64,000 nt of DNA from the NCBI GenBank assembly GCA_963741945.1, contig CAVUKA010000004.1, positions 32,001-96,000 on the forward strand. Direction: 5' to 3'. The DNA is from an uncultured Gemmatimonadales bacterium (GTDB lineage: Bacteria; Gemmatimonadota; Gemmatimonadetes; Longimicrobiales; RSA9). This document shows, in pieces, positions 28,581 through 38,801 of the stretch; within the stretch, counting starts at the first letter, position 1; each line of letters starts with the position of its first letter. The notes below the pieces were generated by a model. The model was given only the letters and a program-made list of their open reading frames with translations, searched no databases and was not told the DNA's origin. Made by a program: the position numbers and the translations under genes.

Positions 28581-29468
28581 CTAGGCGGCGAAGCTCTCCA
28601 GCGCCGTCCCCATGTCCCCTTCCCGCAGCCGCTTCAGCGCCCGGTCCCGGAGCTGGCGCACCCGCTCGCGCGTCACGCCGAGCATGTTCCCGATCTCTTC
28701 CAGAGTGTGCGTCTCTCCGCCATCGAGCCCGAAGTACAGCCGCAGCACTTTCGCGTCCCGCGGGTTCAGCGTGTCCAGCGCGGCGTCGATATGCTCGGCC
28801 AGCATGCGATCCTCGACGTCCTCCTCGGGCTCCGTCGCCTCGTCCAGGACGAAGCGCTCCACCAGATAGCTGTCATCGGAATCGCCGATCGGCGCGTCCA
28901 GGCGGATCTCCGCCGCGTTCAGCGTCTGGAGATGCCGCACCACCTCCGGCGTCAGCTTGGCCGCCTTCGCCACTTCCTCCAGGTTCGGATCGCGCCCCAG
29001 CTCCTGCTTCAGCCGCTCCCGCTCCCGGAAGATCCGCGCGAGGTCACTCGCCCGGTTCAGCGGCACCCGCACCGAGCGCCCCTGGTTCGCCAGCGCGGCC
29101 AGGATCGCCTGCCGGATCCACCACACGGCGTACGAAATGAACTTCACGCCCTGTTCCGGATCGAACTTCCTCGCCGCGGTCACCAGACCCACGTTCCCTT
29201 CCTGGATCAGGTCGGCAAGCGAGACACCGCGGTTCTGGTACTTCTTCGCCACGCTGATCACGAACCGAAGGTTCGCCCGCGCCAGCGCCATGACCGCATC
29301 CTCGTCGCCCGCCTGCGCAAGCCTCCCCAGCTCGATCTCCTCCTGCGGCGTGATCAGCTCGTGCCGGCTGACATCGCCCAGGTACTGGTCGAGTGCGCTG
29401 GTGTCTTCGTACGTCGGACGGAACGCGCTCTTGCGCCGCCGACGCTTCTTGGATTCGGTCGCTGCCAT
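28581..29468 (-). CDS. RpoD/SigA-family RNA polymerase sigma factor (no region 1.1)
   Basis: ANLRFVISVAKKY, DLIQEGNVGL, KFISYAVWWIRQ, TLEEIG...TRERVRQ. Start taken as MAATES. Confidence 0.93.
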   Translation of the reverse strand: MAATESKKRRRRKSAFRPTYEDTSALDQYLGDVSRHELITPQEEIELGRLAQAGDEDAVMALARANLRFVISVAKKYQNRGVSLADLIQEGNVGLVTAARKFDPEQGVKFISYAVWWIRQAILAALANQGRSVRVPLNRASDLARIFRERERLKQELGRDPNLEEVAKAAKLTPEVVRHLQTLNAAEIRLDAPIGDSDDSYLVERFVLDEATEPEEDVEDRMLAEHIDAALDTLNPRDAKVLRLYFGLDGGETHTLEEIGNMLGVTRERVRQLRDRALKRLREGDMGTALESFAA

Positions 29469-29545
29469 TTCGCCCACCGTGTATCGCTCGCTATCCGGGG
29501 CTCCCGCCGAGAAGTATCGGCCAGGCCCCTGACAACTGTATGCCT

Positions 29546-29561
29546 CGCAAGGTCTTTGCCG
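29546..29561 (-). promoter_or_regulatory. Putative sigma54 promoter for the sigma factor-rsgA pair
   Basis: Minus strand CGGCAAAGACCTTGCG, GG-N10-GC, about 80 nt upstream of the start. Confidence 0.5.
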
Positions 29562-29690
29562 CGGTCCGATGCGGTCCGGTGCGCCATCCAACGCTCCCAC
29601 CCACTGCATCGCGGCCTCTAGTAACCCCGCTCGCTCGCCGGTGTTCCCGCGATTCCGGCCTGCTCGGCCGCCCCGATCCGGACGGCGACG

Positions 29691-30281
29691 TCACCCGCCC
29701 CCCGGTCGCGCGGGCCGGCCCAGCGGACCGCTCGCTTCCCCGTCCCCGGCGCTGTCCGCGTTTTCCGTGGCGCGCCCCGGGATGGCCGAGGAAGAGACGT
29801 CCCGCAGCGGATCCTGCGACAGGAGCGAATCCAGCGGTGGCGGCGCGCTCCCGCCCCCGGGCTGCGCCAGCTGCTGCCGCAGGTCCGCGGCCGCGGCCCG
29901 GAGTGTCCGCAGCTCGGGCTCCACCTGCGTGAGCGAGGCGCCCCGGCGCAGGCGGGCCACGATCCCGTCCGCCATTGCCTCCAGCTGCCGGACCCTGGCC
30001 TCCACGTCGTATCCCGATGCCAGCCAGTCCACGTTCCGCCGCGCCATGACCATCTGGTCGGTCATCGCTTCGGCCGTGAAGACCAGCTCCGGTCGGCCCG
30101 CCATGGCCGTGTCCAGCACCGCCGTGAAGTTGGCGAGCTGCTGACTCAGTGTGCCAGCGCTCCGGTTCGCCGCCAGCGCCGCGGCGGGCGGGGGGGCTTC
30201 CTCCGTGAACGGGTGATCCCGACTCATGTTGCACCCGCCCGACAGCAGGGCCAGCGCACAGCTCAGCAGAACGCGTCTCAT
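29691..30281 (-). CDS. Hypothetical lipoprotein
   Basis: MRRVLLSCALALLSGGC signal/lipobox; helical body. Confidence 0.65.
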   Translation of the reverse strand: MRRVLLSCALALLSGGCNMSRDHPFTEEAPPPAAALAANRSAGTLSQQLANFTAVLDTAMAGRPELVFTAEAMTDQMVMARRNVDWLASGYDVEARVRQLEAMADGIVARLRRGASLTQVEPELRTLRAAAADLRQQLAQPGGGSAPPPLDSLLSQDPLRDVSSSAIPGRATENADSAGDGEASGPLGRPARPGGG

Positions 30282-30294
30282 GACGGACGATTCG

Positions 30295-30310
30295 GGCAAT
30301 CCACGTGCCG
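30295..30310 (-). promoter_or_regulatory. Sigma54 promoter of the lipoprotein gene
   Basis: Minus strand CGGCACGTGGATTGCC, near-consensus YGGCACG-N4-TTGC. Confidence 0.65.
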
Positions 30311-30347
30311 TCTTGCCCGTGTCCCCACGGGTGCCTACGCTTCGCGG

Positions 30348-31076
30348 ATGGACATCGCATTCGCCGGTCGCACCGATACGGGACGCGTTCGCGCCCGCAA
30401 CGAGGACGCTCTGCTTCAGCGCCCGGAGCGTGGTCTCTTCGTGGTGGCGGACGGCATGGGGGGCCACGTCGCCGGGGACATCGCGAGCCGCATGGCCGTG
30501 GACGTAGTGGACGACCGGACCGCTGAAGCCACGGACGACCCCGTGGCGCAGCTGGCGGACGCGGCCCGGGCGGCCCACGCGGCGATTCTCAAGGCCGCGA
30601 GTGCGAATCGGGCGCTGGACGGGATGGGGACGACGCTTACCGCCCTGCGCCTCCTGGAGCCCGCCGGATGTGCGGTGGTCCACGTCGGAGACTCCCGCGC
30701 CTACCGCTGGCACCGGGGCACCCTCGAGCAGGTGACCCGCGACCAGACCTGGGTCCAGGACCAGGTGGACGCCGGGGCCCTGTCTCCGGCGCAGGCTCGC
30801 GCCCACCCGTTCTCGGCCATGCTGACTTCCGCCCTCGGCGTGGGTGGTGCGGATCTCGATACCCAGATCGTACGCCCGGACTGCGAGCCCGGTGACCTTT
30901 TCCTGCTCTGCAGCGATGGACTCACCGCCGCCCTGGACGACGATGACATCCGCGCTGTCCTGGCCGGCCATCCGGACCTCGAGGACGCCGCGGCCGCGCT
31001 GGTGCGTGCGGCCAACGAAGCCGGTGGACCGGACAACATCACCGTCGCACTGGTCCGCATCGACTCCGCCGGCTGA
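30348..31076 (+). CDS. PP2C-family Ser/Thr protein phosphatase (Stp1/PrpC)
   Basis: RNED, VADGMGGH, MGTT, HVGDSRAY, LCSDGL, GGPDNIT. Confidence 0.93.
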   Translation: MDIAFAGRTDTGRVRARNEDALLQRPERGLFVVADGMGGHVAGDIASRMAVDVVDDRTAEATDDPVAQLADAARAAHAAILKAASANRALDGMGTTLTALRLLEPAGCAVVHVGDSRAYRWHRGTLEQVTRDQTWVQDQVDAGALSPAQARAHPFSAMLTSALGVGGADLDTQIVRPDCEPGDLFLLCSDGLTAALDDDDIRAVLAGHPDLEDAAAALVRAANEAGGPDNITVALVRIDSAG

Positions 31077-31120
31077 AGCCGCGCGCCGGGCAGCGCTCCG
31101 GCCCCGGGCTACCGGGCGCG

Positions 31121-32476
31121 TCACCCGAGCAGCGCCTCCCCCCGTTCCAGCCGCCCCCGCACTTCCCCGTCCGGCAGCGCAACCAGTGAGCCGATCGCCC
31201 GCGCGGTCACTGACGGCCGACCCCCCAGCGCGAACAGACGCAGCACACGCGCCGTACGGTACAGCTCGTCCGCGACCCTCGGCAGCCCGATCAGCCCCGC
31301 CTGTCCCCCCGGACCGAGCCGGATCACCTCGCCCGTGCCCCGCTGCACCAGCAGGTCCAGCCGGAACATCCCCGGCTTCTCCGGGAAGTCCAGGAACAGG
31401 GATCCCGGATCCAGCCCCAGCTCCCGCGCCAGCGCGTCCTCCACCCGCCGCTTCAGCGGCGAGTCGCTCGTTGCCCACTCCGATGTCTCTCCCGGAAGCT
31501 CGGCCGCCACCACCTCCACCAGTCGCTTGGGCAGCCTTCGCCGCTGCAGCGCGTCCACCATCCGCGCGATCGAACGGGATCCCTCCCTGCCATGCGGCTC
31601 CCCGTGCGACTCCGCTCTGCTGGACAGGAGGAAAAGGAGCGCTTCGTCCGTCTTCCCCACCAGCTCCTCCGGCGCGATCAGCCCCGTTGAAAGCGCGTCG
31701 TACACGATCCGCTTGTACAGCACCGTCGCCGACCGCACGGCATGGTGCCAGTACACGTTCCGGAACATCTGGTACTTCGAGAAGAGCAGCGACTCAAGCG
31801 CCGCCACCCCCTTCTCGTGCACCCCCACCTCCGCACCCCCACCCTCCGGCGGCTCCAGCACCGTCAGCGCCCCGAGCAGCCGGTCCACGTCCACTTCGCC
31901 ATACGGGACACCGCAGAAACGGGCGTCCCGCTTCAGGTACTCCACCTTGTCCAGGTCCAGACTCCCGCTCACCAGCCCCTGCAGCGGCGACGACGACCGG
32001 CCCCGGATCAGCGACTCCACCCGCGAAACGCCATCCGCCGCCACCGCTTCCAGCGCCGAGCGGACTTCCACGTCCTCGAGGAACCGCCCCGTCAGAGCCT
32101 CGTGGTGCCCCGGGATCAGCTCCTCCTCCAGCTCCTCCAGCGCGTGCGAGAACGGATAATGCCCAACGTCGTGCAGCAGCCCCGCAAGCGCGACCAGCCG
32201 CTCCTCCTCCGCCTCCACCCCGTCCAGCCAACCCCGCGCCCCCAGGCTGCCCATCGCCCGTCGGATCAGGTGATATACCCCCAGCGCGTGATCGAACCGC
32301 GTGTGGCTCGCCCCCGGATACACCAGGTGCGCCAGACCCAACTGGCGGATGTAGCGCAACCGCTGGAACGCGCCCGAATCCACCACCCGTCGCGCCGCGT
32401 CATCCACCTCGATCGTCCCCCAGACCGGCTCACGAATCACCACTGCCCCGCCGCCCCCCCTCTCACCCTCCGCCAT
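31121..32476 (-). CDS. HD-domain phosphohydrolase (SAMHD1/YwfO-like dNTPase)
   Basis: FQRLRYIRQLG, YPGASHTRFDHALG, LLHDVGHYPFSHALE, DLDKVEYLKRD, VYWHH. Confidence 0.9.
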   Translation of the reverse strand: MAEGERGGGGAVVIREPVWGTIEVDDAARRVVDSGAFQRLRYIRQLGLAHLVYPGASHTRFDHALGVYHLIRRAMGSLGARGWLDGVEAEEERLVALAGLLHDVGHYPFSHALEELEEELIPGHHEALTGRFLEDVEVRSALEAVAADGVSRVESLIRGRSSSPLQGLVSGSLDLDKVEYLKRDARFCGVPYGEVDVDRLLGALTVLEPPEGGGAEVGVHEKGVAALESLLFSKYQMFRNVYWHHAVRSATVLYKRIVYDALSTGLIAPEELVGKTDEALLFLLSSRAESHGEPHGREGSRSIARMVDALQRRRLPKRLVEVVAAELPGETSEWATSDSPLKRRVEDALARELGLDPGSLFLDFPEKPGMFRLDLLVQRGTGEVIRLGPGGQAGLIGLPRVADELYRTARVLRLFALGGRPSVTARAIGSLVALPDGEVRGRLERGEALLG

Positions 32477-32603
32477 GACCTCATCTCCCTTCCAGCATTG
32501 GTCCGATCCATGCAATTCAACAGGGGTTGAAGTATCGACGCGTGACGCCGACGCGGGGCCAGCTACGGCCTCGCTTCGGTTTTCTGGATTGTGAGCTGAG
32601 ACC

Positions 32604-32881
32604 ATGATATATCGTACCGCCCTCATCGCCAGCGCGCTGACCGCGGCCGCGCTGGCCGGGTGTGCCGGCTCCGGCGCCGGCCCCGGGACACCGACACCGC
32701 CATCGGACCCTGGCGCCGGGGGCCACGACGCTGCTTCCGCCGTAGCGCTGGACGGCCCCGGAGCGCTCGGCTACACGGGTCCGAGGGTGGTGGAATACCG
32801 AAGGACGCGGGCTCGACGTCGTTCTACGGCGTGCGCGGGAGCAATGGCGTCATCCTGATCCGGACGAAGCGTGGCGGTTAG
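32604..32881 (+). pseudogene. Frameshifted, shortened stand-alone TonB-plug-domain lipoprotein
   Basis: Frame 1 carries signal plus lipobox LAGC. The frame starting at 32801 carries KDAGSTSFYGVRGSNGVILIRTKR, the plug C-terminal motif. One base near 32796 would join them. Confidence 0.65.
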
Positions 32882-32959
32882 CGATGGAGCGGCGGCATAC
32901 GACCCTCGCGCGGGAGCCGGAGCCCGCGCCCGTGCGCGTGTCGCCTGGTCAGGCGAAGC

Positions 32960-34546
32960 TCACGGCCCGGCGTTCCGGACGTCCTCGCTCACACCGTCGG
33001 CGAACTTCTCGAAGTTCTCCCGGAACATCTGGACGAGCTTTTCGGCCTGGGCGTCGTATTCCCAGGGGTGCTCCCACGTCTGGCGTGGGCGCAGCACCTC
33101 ATCCGGGACGCCGCGCACGTGGTCGGGGACTTCCAGCCCGAAGACGGGATCGGTGTGCGTCTTCACCCCGTCCAGCTCGCCCGTCAGCGCCGCGGTCACC
33201 ATGCGCCGGGTGTGCGACAGCTCCACCCGGTGCCCTTCCCCGAACGCGCCTCCCGTCCACCCCGTGTTCACCAGCCACGTGGTGGCATCGTGCTCGGCGA
33301 CGAGGCGCGCGAGCAGGTCGGCATAGTGGGCGGGCGGCAGAGGCAGGAAAGGCGCGCCGAAGCACGCGCTGAACGTGGCCTTCGGCTCGGTCACCCCTTT
33401 CTCCGTCCCGGCCACCTTGGCCGTGTAACCGGAGAGGAAGTGGTACGCGGCCTGGTGCCGGTCCAGCCGGGCGATGGGCGGCAACACTCCGAACGCGTCG
33501 GCGGTCAGGAAGATCACGTTGCGCGGGTGCCCCCCCCGCTTGTCGCGGACCGCCCCATCGATGAAGCGCAGCGGATAGGAGGAACGCGTGTTCTCCGTGA
33601 TGCTGTCGTCGTCCCATTTCGGGCAGCGGTTCTGGTCCATCACCACGTTCTCGAGGATGGCGCCGAACCGTTTGCTGGCCGACCAGATCAGCGGCTCACC
33701 CGACCGGGAGAGCCGGATCACCTTGGCGTAGTTTCCGCCCTCGAAGTTGAAGACGCCGTCCTCGGACCAGCCGTGCTCGTCATCGCCGATCAGATAGCGA
33801 TCCGGGTCGGTGGAGAGCGTGGTCTTTCCGGTGCCCGAGAGACCGAAGAAGAGCGCCACGTCCCCGTCCTCCCCCATGTTCGCCGAGCAGTGCATGCTCA
33901 GCACGTCCTGCCGCGGGAGGAGGTAGTTCATCACGCTGAAGATCGACTTCTTGATCTCACCGGCGTAGCGTGTGCCGCCGATGAGGACCTGCTTTTCGGC
34001 GAAGTTGACGACGACGAAGGCGCCCGACCGTGTCCCGTGCTTCTTGGGATCCGCCTGGAACTCGGGACTGTGCAGCACCGTGAAGCCGACCTCGAAGTGA
34101 TCCCGGTGATCACCATGCGGCTCCAGGAACATGTTGTTCACGAACAGCGAGTGCCACGCGCTCGGCGTGACCACGCGCACGTTCAGCCGGTACTGCGGGT
34201 CGGCCCCGGCCCAGACATCGCGGATGTACAGGTCGTCCTGCCCGTCCAGGTGAGCGACCAAGTCCGCACGCAGCCGATCGAAATGCTCCGGCTCGATCGC
34301 CACGTTCACGCTGCCCCACCAGATCTCGTTCTCGGTGCCGGGCTCGCGCACCGTGAACTTGTCGCCGGGGGACCGCCCTGTGTGGGGCGCTGTCACCGCC
34401 ACGAACGAGCCATCGGCCGACAGCTTCCCTTCACCCCGCCACACCGCGTGCTCCACCAGCTCCGCGGGCGGCAGGTTCCAGTGGATACGGCCGACCGGCC
34501 TCAGTCCGTGCTCGCTCAGCTGCGTTCGTTCCTTCGTCGTCGCCAC
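32960..34546 (-). CDS. pckA: Phosphoenolpyruvate carboxykinase (ATP)
   Basis: HTGRSP, YAGEIKKS, MHCSAN, GLSGTGKTTLS, IGDDEHGW, TENTR, FSACFGAPF; GTG start. Confidence 0.96.
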   Translation of the reverse strand: MATTKERTQLSEHGLRPVGRIHWNLPPAELVEHAVWRGEGKLSADGSFVAVTAPHTGRSPGDKFTVREPGTENEIWWGSVNVAIEPEHFDRLRADLVAHLDGQDDLYIRDVWAGADPQYRLNVRVVTPSAWHSLFVNNMFLEPHGDHRDHFEVGFTVLHSPEFQADPKKHGTRSGAFVVVNFAEKQVLIGGTRYAGEIKKSIFSVMNYLLPRQDVLSMHCSANMGEDGDVALFFGLSGTGKTTLSTDPDRYLIGDDEHGWSEDGVFNFEGGNYAKVIRLSRSGEPLIWSASKRFGAILENVVMDQNRCPKWDDDSITENTRSSYPLRFIDGAVRDKRGGHPRNVIFLTADAFGVLPPIARLDRHQAAYHFLSGYTAKVAGTEKGVTEPKATFSACFGAPFLPLPPAHYADLLARLVAEHDATTWLVNTGWTGGAFGEGHRVELSHTRRMVTAALTGELDGVKTHTDPVFGLEVPDHVRGVPDEVLRPRQTWEHPWEYDAQAEKLVQMFRENFEKFADGVSEDVRNAGP

Positions 34547-34568
34547 TCTTCCCGCCTTCTGGTTCCTA

Positions 34569-36842
34569 TTACGGGTTGTTGATCGTGGTCCGGCGACGCT
34601 GGGCATCCACCACCGCGATCGCCGTCAGGTTCACCACGTCCGCCGCTTCGCTCCCGCGCTGCAGGACGTGGACCGGTTTCGCCATCCCCATCAGGATCGG
34701 GCCGATGGCTTCCGCCCCGCCGATCCGACCCATGAGCTTGTACGCGATGTTCGCCGCGTTGAGGTCCGGGAAGATCAGGACGTTTGCCGGACCGTCCAGC
34801 CTGCTGAACGGGTATCGGCTCTGCAGGATTTCTGCCACGACGGCCGTGTCCGCCTGCATCTCGCCATCCACTTTCAGGTCCGGCCGGAACTGCCGCACGC
34901 GCTCCGTGGCCTCACGGACCTTCAGCGCCTGGGGGTGCCGGGTCGAGCCGAAGTTGGAGAAGGAAAGCATGGCCATGCGCGGCTCGATCCCCAGCCGCTG
35001 CACGAAGTCGGCGGAGAGCAGCGCGATCTCGGCCAGCGTCTCGGCATCCGGATCGATGTTCACCGTGGTGTCCGCGAAGAACATGATCTCGTGCTGCAGC
35101 ACCATCATGTAGAGACCGGCCACGTGCTTCACGGAAGCGTCCGTCCCCACCGCTTCCAGCGCCGGCCGGATCGTCTCCGGGTAGTGTGTCTCGATTCCCG
35201 CGATGGCGCCGTCCGCGTCTCCCTCGGCCACCATCATGTGACCGAAGTAGGCGGTCTCCCGCAGCCGCTCCTGGGCCTCGGGCAGCGTGATCCCCTTGCG
35301 CTGGCGCCGCTCGAAGAACTTCCGGGCGTAGCGGTCCCGCAGCTCGTCGCTGATCGCCGGGTCGATGATGTCGACCTCGCTCAGGTCCACGTGGAGCTCC
35401 TTCGCCCGCTCCCGGATCCGGTCTTCACGCCCCAGCAGGACCGGGTGGACGATCCCTTCCTGCATCGCCTGCCCGACTGCGCGGATGATCCGGTCGTCCT
35501 CACCCTCCGGATACACGATGCGACGCGGGTCGCGCTCCGCCCGGAGCATGATGTCGCGCATCACCTCGCGTCGCCGACCCAGCCGCGCCTCCAGCTGCGT
35601 CCGGTACTCCTCGAGGTCGATCTCCTGTCGCGCCACCCCATCCTCCATGGCCGCCTGCGCCACCGCGGGCGCCACCCACAGGAGGACGCGATAGTCGAAC
35701 GGCTTCGGGATCAGGTACCGTGCGCCGAAGCGGAATGTCTCCTTCCCGTACGCGTGCGCCACCGACTCCGGCACGTCCTCCTTCGCCAGTGCTGCCAGCG
35801 CGCGCGTGGCCGCGAGCTTCATGTTGTCCGTGATCGCCCGCGCCCGCACGTCCAGCGCGCCACGGAAGATGAACGGGAAGCCCAGGACGTTGTTCACCTG
35901 GTTGTCGAAATCGCTCCGGCCCGTGGCCATGATCGCGTCATCGCGAACCCCGAACACCTCATCCGGCAGGATCTCCGGGTCCGGGTTGGCCAGCGCGAAG
36001 ATCACGGGGCGCTCCGCCATGGTCTTCACCATCTCCGGTGTTGCCGCCCCCGCCACCGACAGTCCCACGAACACGTCGGCGCCCTCCATGGCGCCGGCCA
36101 GGTCCATGGTCGGCGATGCCTGCGCGAACTTCGCCTTGTACTTGTTCATTCCCGCCGTACGGTCCTGCGTGATCAGCCCCTTGCTGTCGCACAGGAAGAT
36201 GTTCTCACGCTTCGCGCCCAGCCGGATGTAATGGTTGGCGGTGGCGATCGCCGACGCGCCCGCGCCGCTGAACACGATCTTCACGTCCGCCACGTCCTTC
36301 CCCACCACTTCCAGTGCGTTCACCAGCGCCGCACCCGAGATGATGGCCGTGCCGTGCTGGTCATCGTGGAAGACCGGGATGTCCAGCTTCTCCTTGAGCG
36401 CTTCCTCGATCTCGAAGCACTCCGGCGCCTTGATGTCTTCCAGGTTGATCCCGCCCAGCGTGGGCTCCAGCAGCTCGCAGAAATGGATGATCTCCTGCGC
36501 GTCCTCCGAATCCACCTCAATGTCGAACACGTCAATGTCGGCGAACCGCTTGAACAGCACGGCCTTCCCCTCCATCACCGGCTTGCCGGCCAGCGCCCCG
36601 AGATTCCCGAGGCCCAGCACGGCCGTGCCGTTCGACACCACGCCCACGAGGTTCCCCCGCGCCGTGTATTTGAACGCCGCGTCCGGATCATCCTTGATGA
36701 TCCGACACGGCTCCGCTACGCCCGGTGTGTAGGCCAGCGAAAGGTCCCATTGCGTCCCCACCGGCTTCGTGGGTACCACCGCGATCTTGCCCGGGCGGCC
36801 CTGCTCGTGATAGTCGAGTGCCGCCTGCTTTCTATCCACCAT
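34569..36842 (-). CDS. maeB: NADP-dependent malic enzyme with phosphotransacetylase-like domain
   Basis: [50 protein letters not shown]-terminal PTA domain (DGEMQAD). Confidence 0.96.
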   Translation of the reverse strand: MVDRKQAALDYHEQGRPGKIAVVPTKPVGTQWDLSLAYTPGVAEPCRIIKDDPDAAFKYTARGNLVGVVSNGTAVLGLGNLGALAGKPVMEGKAVLFKRFADIDVFDIEVDSEDAQEIIHFCELLEPTLGGINLEDIKAPECFEIEEALKEKLDIPVFHDDQHGTAIISGAALVNALEVVGKDVADVKIVFSGAGASAIATANHYIRLGAKRENIFLCDSKGLITQDRTAGMNKYKAKFAQASPTMDLAGAMEGADVFVGLSVAGAATPEMVKTMAERPVIFALANPDPEILPDEVFGVRDDAIMATGRSDFDNQVNNVLGFPFIFRGALDVRARAITDNMKLAATRALAALAKEDVPESVAHAYGKETFRFGARYLIPKPFDYRVLLWVAPAVAQAAMEDGVARQEIDLEEYRTQLEARLGRRREVMRDIMLRAERDPRRIVYPEGEDDRIIRAVGQAMQEGIVHPVLLGREDRIRERAKELHVDLSEVDIIDPAISDELRDRYARKFFERRQRKGITLPEAQERLRETAYFGHMMVAEGDADGAIAGIETHYPETIRPALEAVGTDASVKHVAGLYMMVLQHEIMFFADTTVNIDPDAETLAEIALLSADFVQRLGIEPRMAMLSFSNFGSTRHPQALKVREATERVRQFRPDLKVDGEMQADTAVVAEILQSRYPFSRLDGPANVLIFPDLNAANIAYKLMGRIGGAEAIGPILMGMAKPVHVLQRGSEAADVVNLTAIAVVDAQRRRTTINNP

Positions 36843-37002
36843 GTATTTGCTCCTCAGCGTCTGGGTCCGAGCAGGCAAAGGCTACCGATCCCGGGGGTCG
36901 AAAGCAAGCAGTGGCGAGCTGATTCGCCCGTTGCGCCCGCGGCTCCATGGCGCGATTCTCGCACCGGTCCGGCGCGGCCCGATCATGCCTCGAACCGACA
37001 TC

Positions 37003-38796
37003 ATGCTTCGAAACTCCCGATCTCTCATCGTGGCCGCGCTCCTCCTGGCCATTGGCGCCGTGTCCGTCCGCGCCCAGGGAGGTGGCGCGGCCGCATGCAA
37101 GACGGGGCGGATCGAGCACATCTTCGTCGATAACCATTCCATCTTCGATACGTCGGATCCGGAGCTCGATCCTCGCTTCCGGTGGGCGTACTCGCTGGCG
37201 AACGAGCTCCACGTCCGGACGGATGAAGCGGTGATCCGGCGGGAGCTCCTGTTCGACGTGGGCGACTGCTACGACCCCGTGCTCATGGAGGAGTCCGAGC
37301 GGCTCCTGCGCGGGTACCCGTTCATCGCCCGGGCCGACATCTATGGCGTCCGGCAGCCGGGCGGCGCCCTTCACGTGGTGGTCGACACGGAGGATGAATG
37401 GTCCACGCAGGTCGAGACCCGCCTCGACCTGAGCCAGGGCTTCGACTTCCAGGGCGTGGATGTCCGCGAGCAGAACCTGCTCGGGACCGGACGCGAACTG
37501 GGCGTCTTCTACAGCAACCTGGACGCGACGCAGACGTACGGCGTCCGCTACTTCGCGCCCCAGCTGTTTCGGACCCGGTGGAACCTCGACCTGGCCGGCG
37601 GGAAGACGCGCGCTGGGACGTTCCTGGACGAGATCGTGAGCTATCCATTTGTCGGCGAGATCGGCCGATGGGCGGCGCAGCAGCGCCTGTACCGGCACGA
37701 TCGCTATTTCGACTACCTGCTCCCGTCGCAGGCCGGGGATGAGCTTCGCCTGCTGGTGCCGCTGCGCGAGAAGGAGTTCCAGCTGGCCCTGCTCCGCCGC
37801 TTCGGCCGGGTGGGCAATCTGACCATCCTGGGCGCAGGAATGGGGTTCCAGGAGATCTCCTATCCCGGAAGCGACAGCACGCTGTCCCTCGTCCGCAACG
37901 GCGACTATCGCCACGCCTCTCCGGCGCCCGGGACGGTGGCCGCGCCCGCCCTCGGCGCCATGGAGCACCTGCGCAACATCCGGGCGATGATCCTGCTCGG
38001 GAAGCGCAACATCGTATGGCGGCAGCGAAGGGGGCTGGACAGCTTCCGCGGCGAGGAGGATGTGCGGATCGGCGCCGACGTCGAGATCGCGTTCGCGCGT
38101 TCCCTCCCCGGCCTCGAGTCGGACAACGACCTCTATGGATCCCTCGACTTCTACGCAGCCGCGGGTCCGCCCACCGCCTTTATGGCCACCCGCATCCGCG
38201 CTGACGCGCGTCGCGACTACGCCGCGACGCCGGGCACCCGCGAGGTGAAGGACCTGATCGCGGAGAGCGAGACCTTCCTTTACGTGCGCCCGTCACAGGC
38301 GAGCCGCCACACGCTCGTCCTCCGCGCGGCCGCGGCGGGCGGCTGGCACACTGCCACGCCGTTCCAGATCACGCTCGGCGGCCAGCACTCCCTCCGTGGG
38401 CTGCCCCGGACGGCATTCCCCGGAGGCCGCAGGGTAGTCTTCACGGCCGAAGACCGGTTCTATGTCGGCTGGCCACTGACGGACGTGGCCGATTTCGGCA
38501 CTTCCCTCTTCGTCGATGTGGGCCGGATCTGGCCCGGCGATGCCCCGTACGGCCAGAGCTCCGGGTGGAGAACGTCGGTCGGCGGCGGGATCCGCGCGAA
38601 CTTCCCCGCTGGCGGGACGAACACGTTCCGTGTCGATGCCGCGTTCCCCGTGGGCTCCAACGGTGGGTTGGGCAAGCTCCAGCTCCTGATCGGCGTCACC
38701 GAGTATCTCGGCATCAGCTCGCGCTTCGAGGACCCGCAGCTCAGCCGCTCCCGCGTTCCGCCCATCAGGGGTAATCTCCTCAGCTTCCCGAACTGA
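37003..38796 (+). CDS. Omp85 (BamA/TamA)-family outer-membrane protein with one POTRA domain
   Basis: Signal peptide; POTRA (IRRELLF...EESERLLR); EQNLLGTG; LGG..LRG; FVDVGRIW; FRVDAAFP. Confidence 0.75.
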   Translation: MLRNSRSLIVAALLLAIGAVSVRAQGGGAAACKTGRIEHIFVDNHSIFDTSDPELDPRFRWAYSLANELHVRTDEAVIRRELLFDVGDCYDPVLMEESERLLRGYPFIARADIYGVRQPGGALHVVVDTEDEWSTQVETRLDLSQGFDFQGVDVREQNLLGTGRELGVFYSNLDATQTYGVRYFAPQLFRTRWNLDLAGGKTRAGTFLDEIVSYPFVGEIGRWAAQQRLYRHDRYFDYLLPSQAGDELRLLVPLREKEFQLALLRRFGRVGNLTILGAGMGFQEISYPGSDSTLSLVRNGDYRHASPAPGTVAAPALGAMEHLRNIRAMILLGKRNIVWRQRRGLDSFRGEEDVRIGADVEIAFARSLPGLESDNDLYGSLDFYAAAGPPTAFMATRIRADARRDYAATPGTREVKDLIAESETFLYVRPSQASRHTLVLRAAAAGGWHTATPFQITLGGQHSLRGLPRTAFPGGRRVVFTAEDRFYVGWPLTDVADFGTSLFVDVGRIWPGDAPYGQSSGWRTSVGGGIRANFPAGGTNTFRVDAAFPVGSNGGLGKLQLLIGVTEYLGISSRFEDPQLSRSRVPPIRGNLLSFPN

Positions 38797-38801
38797 CTGT
38801 C

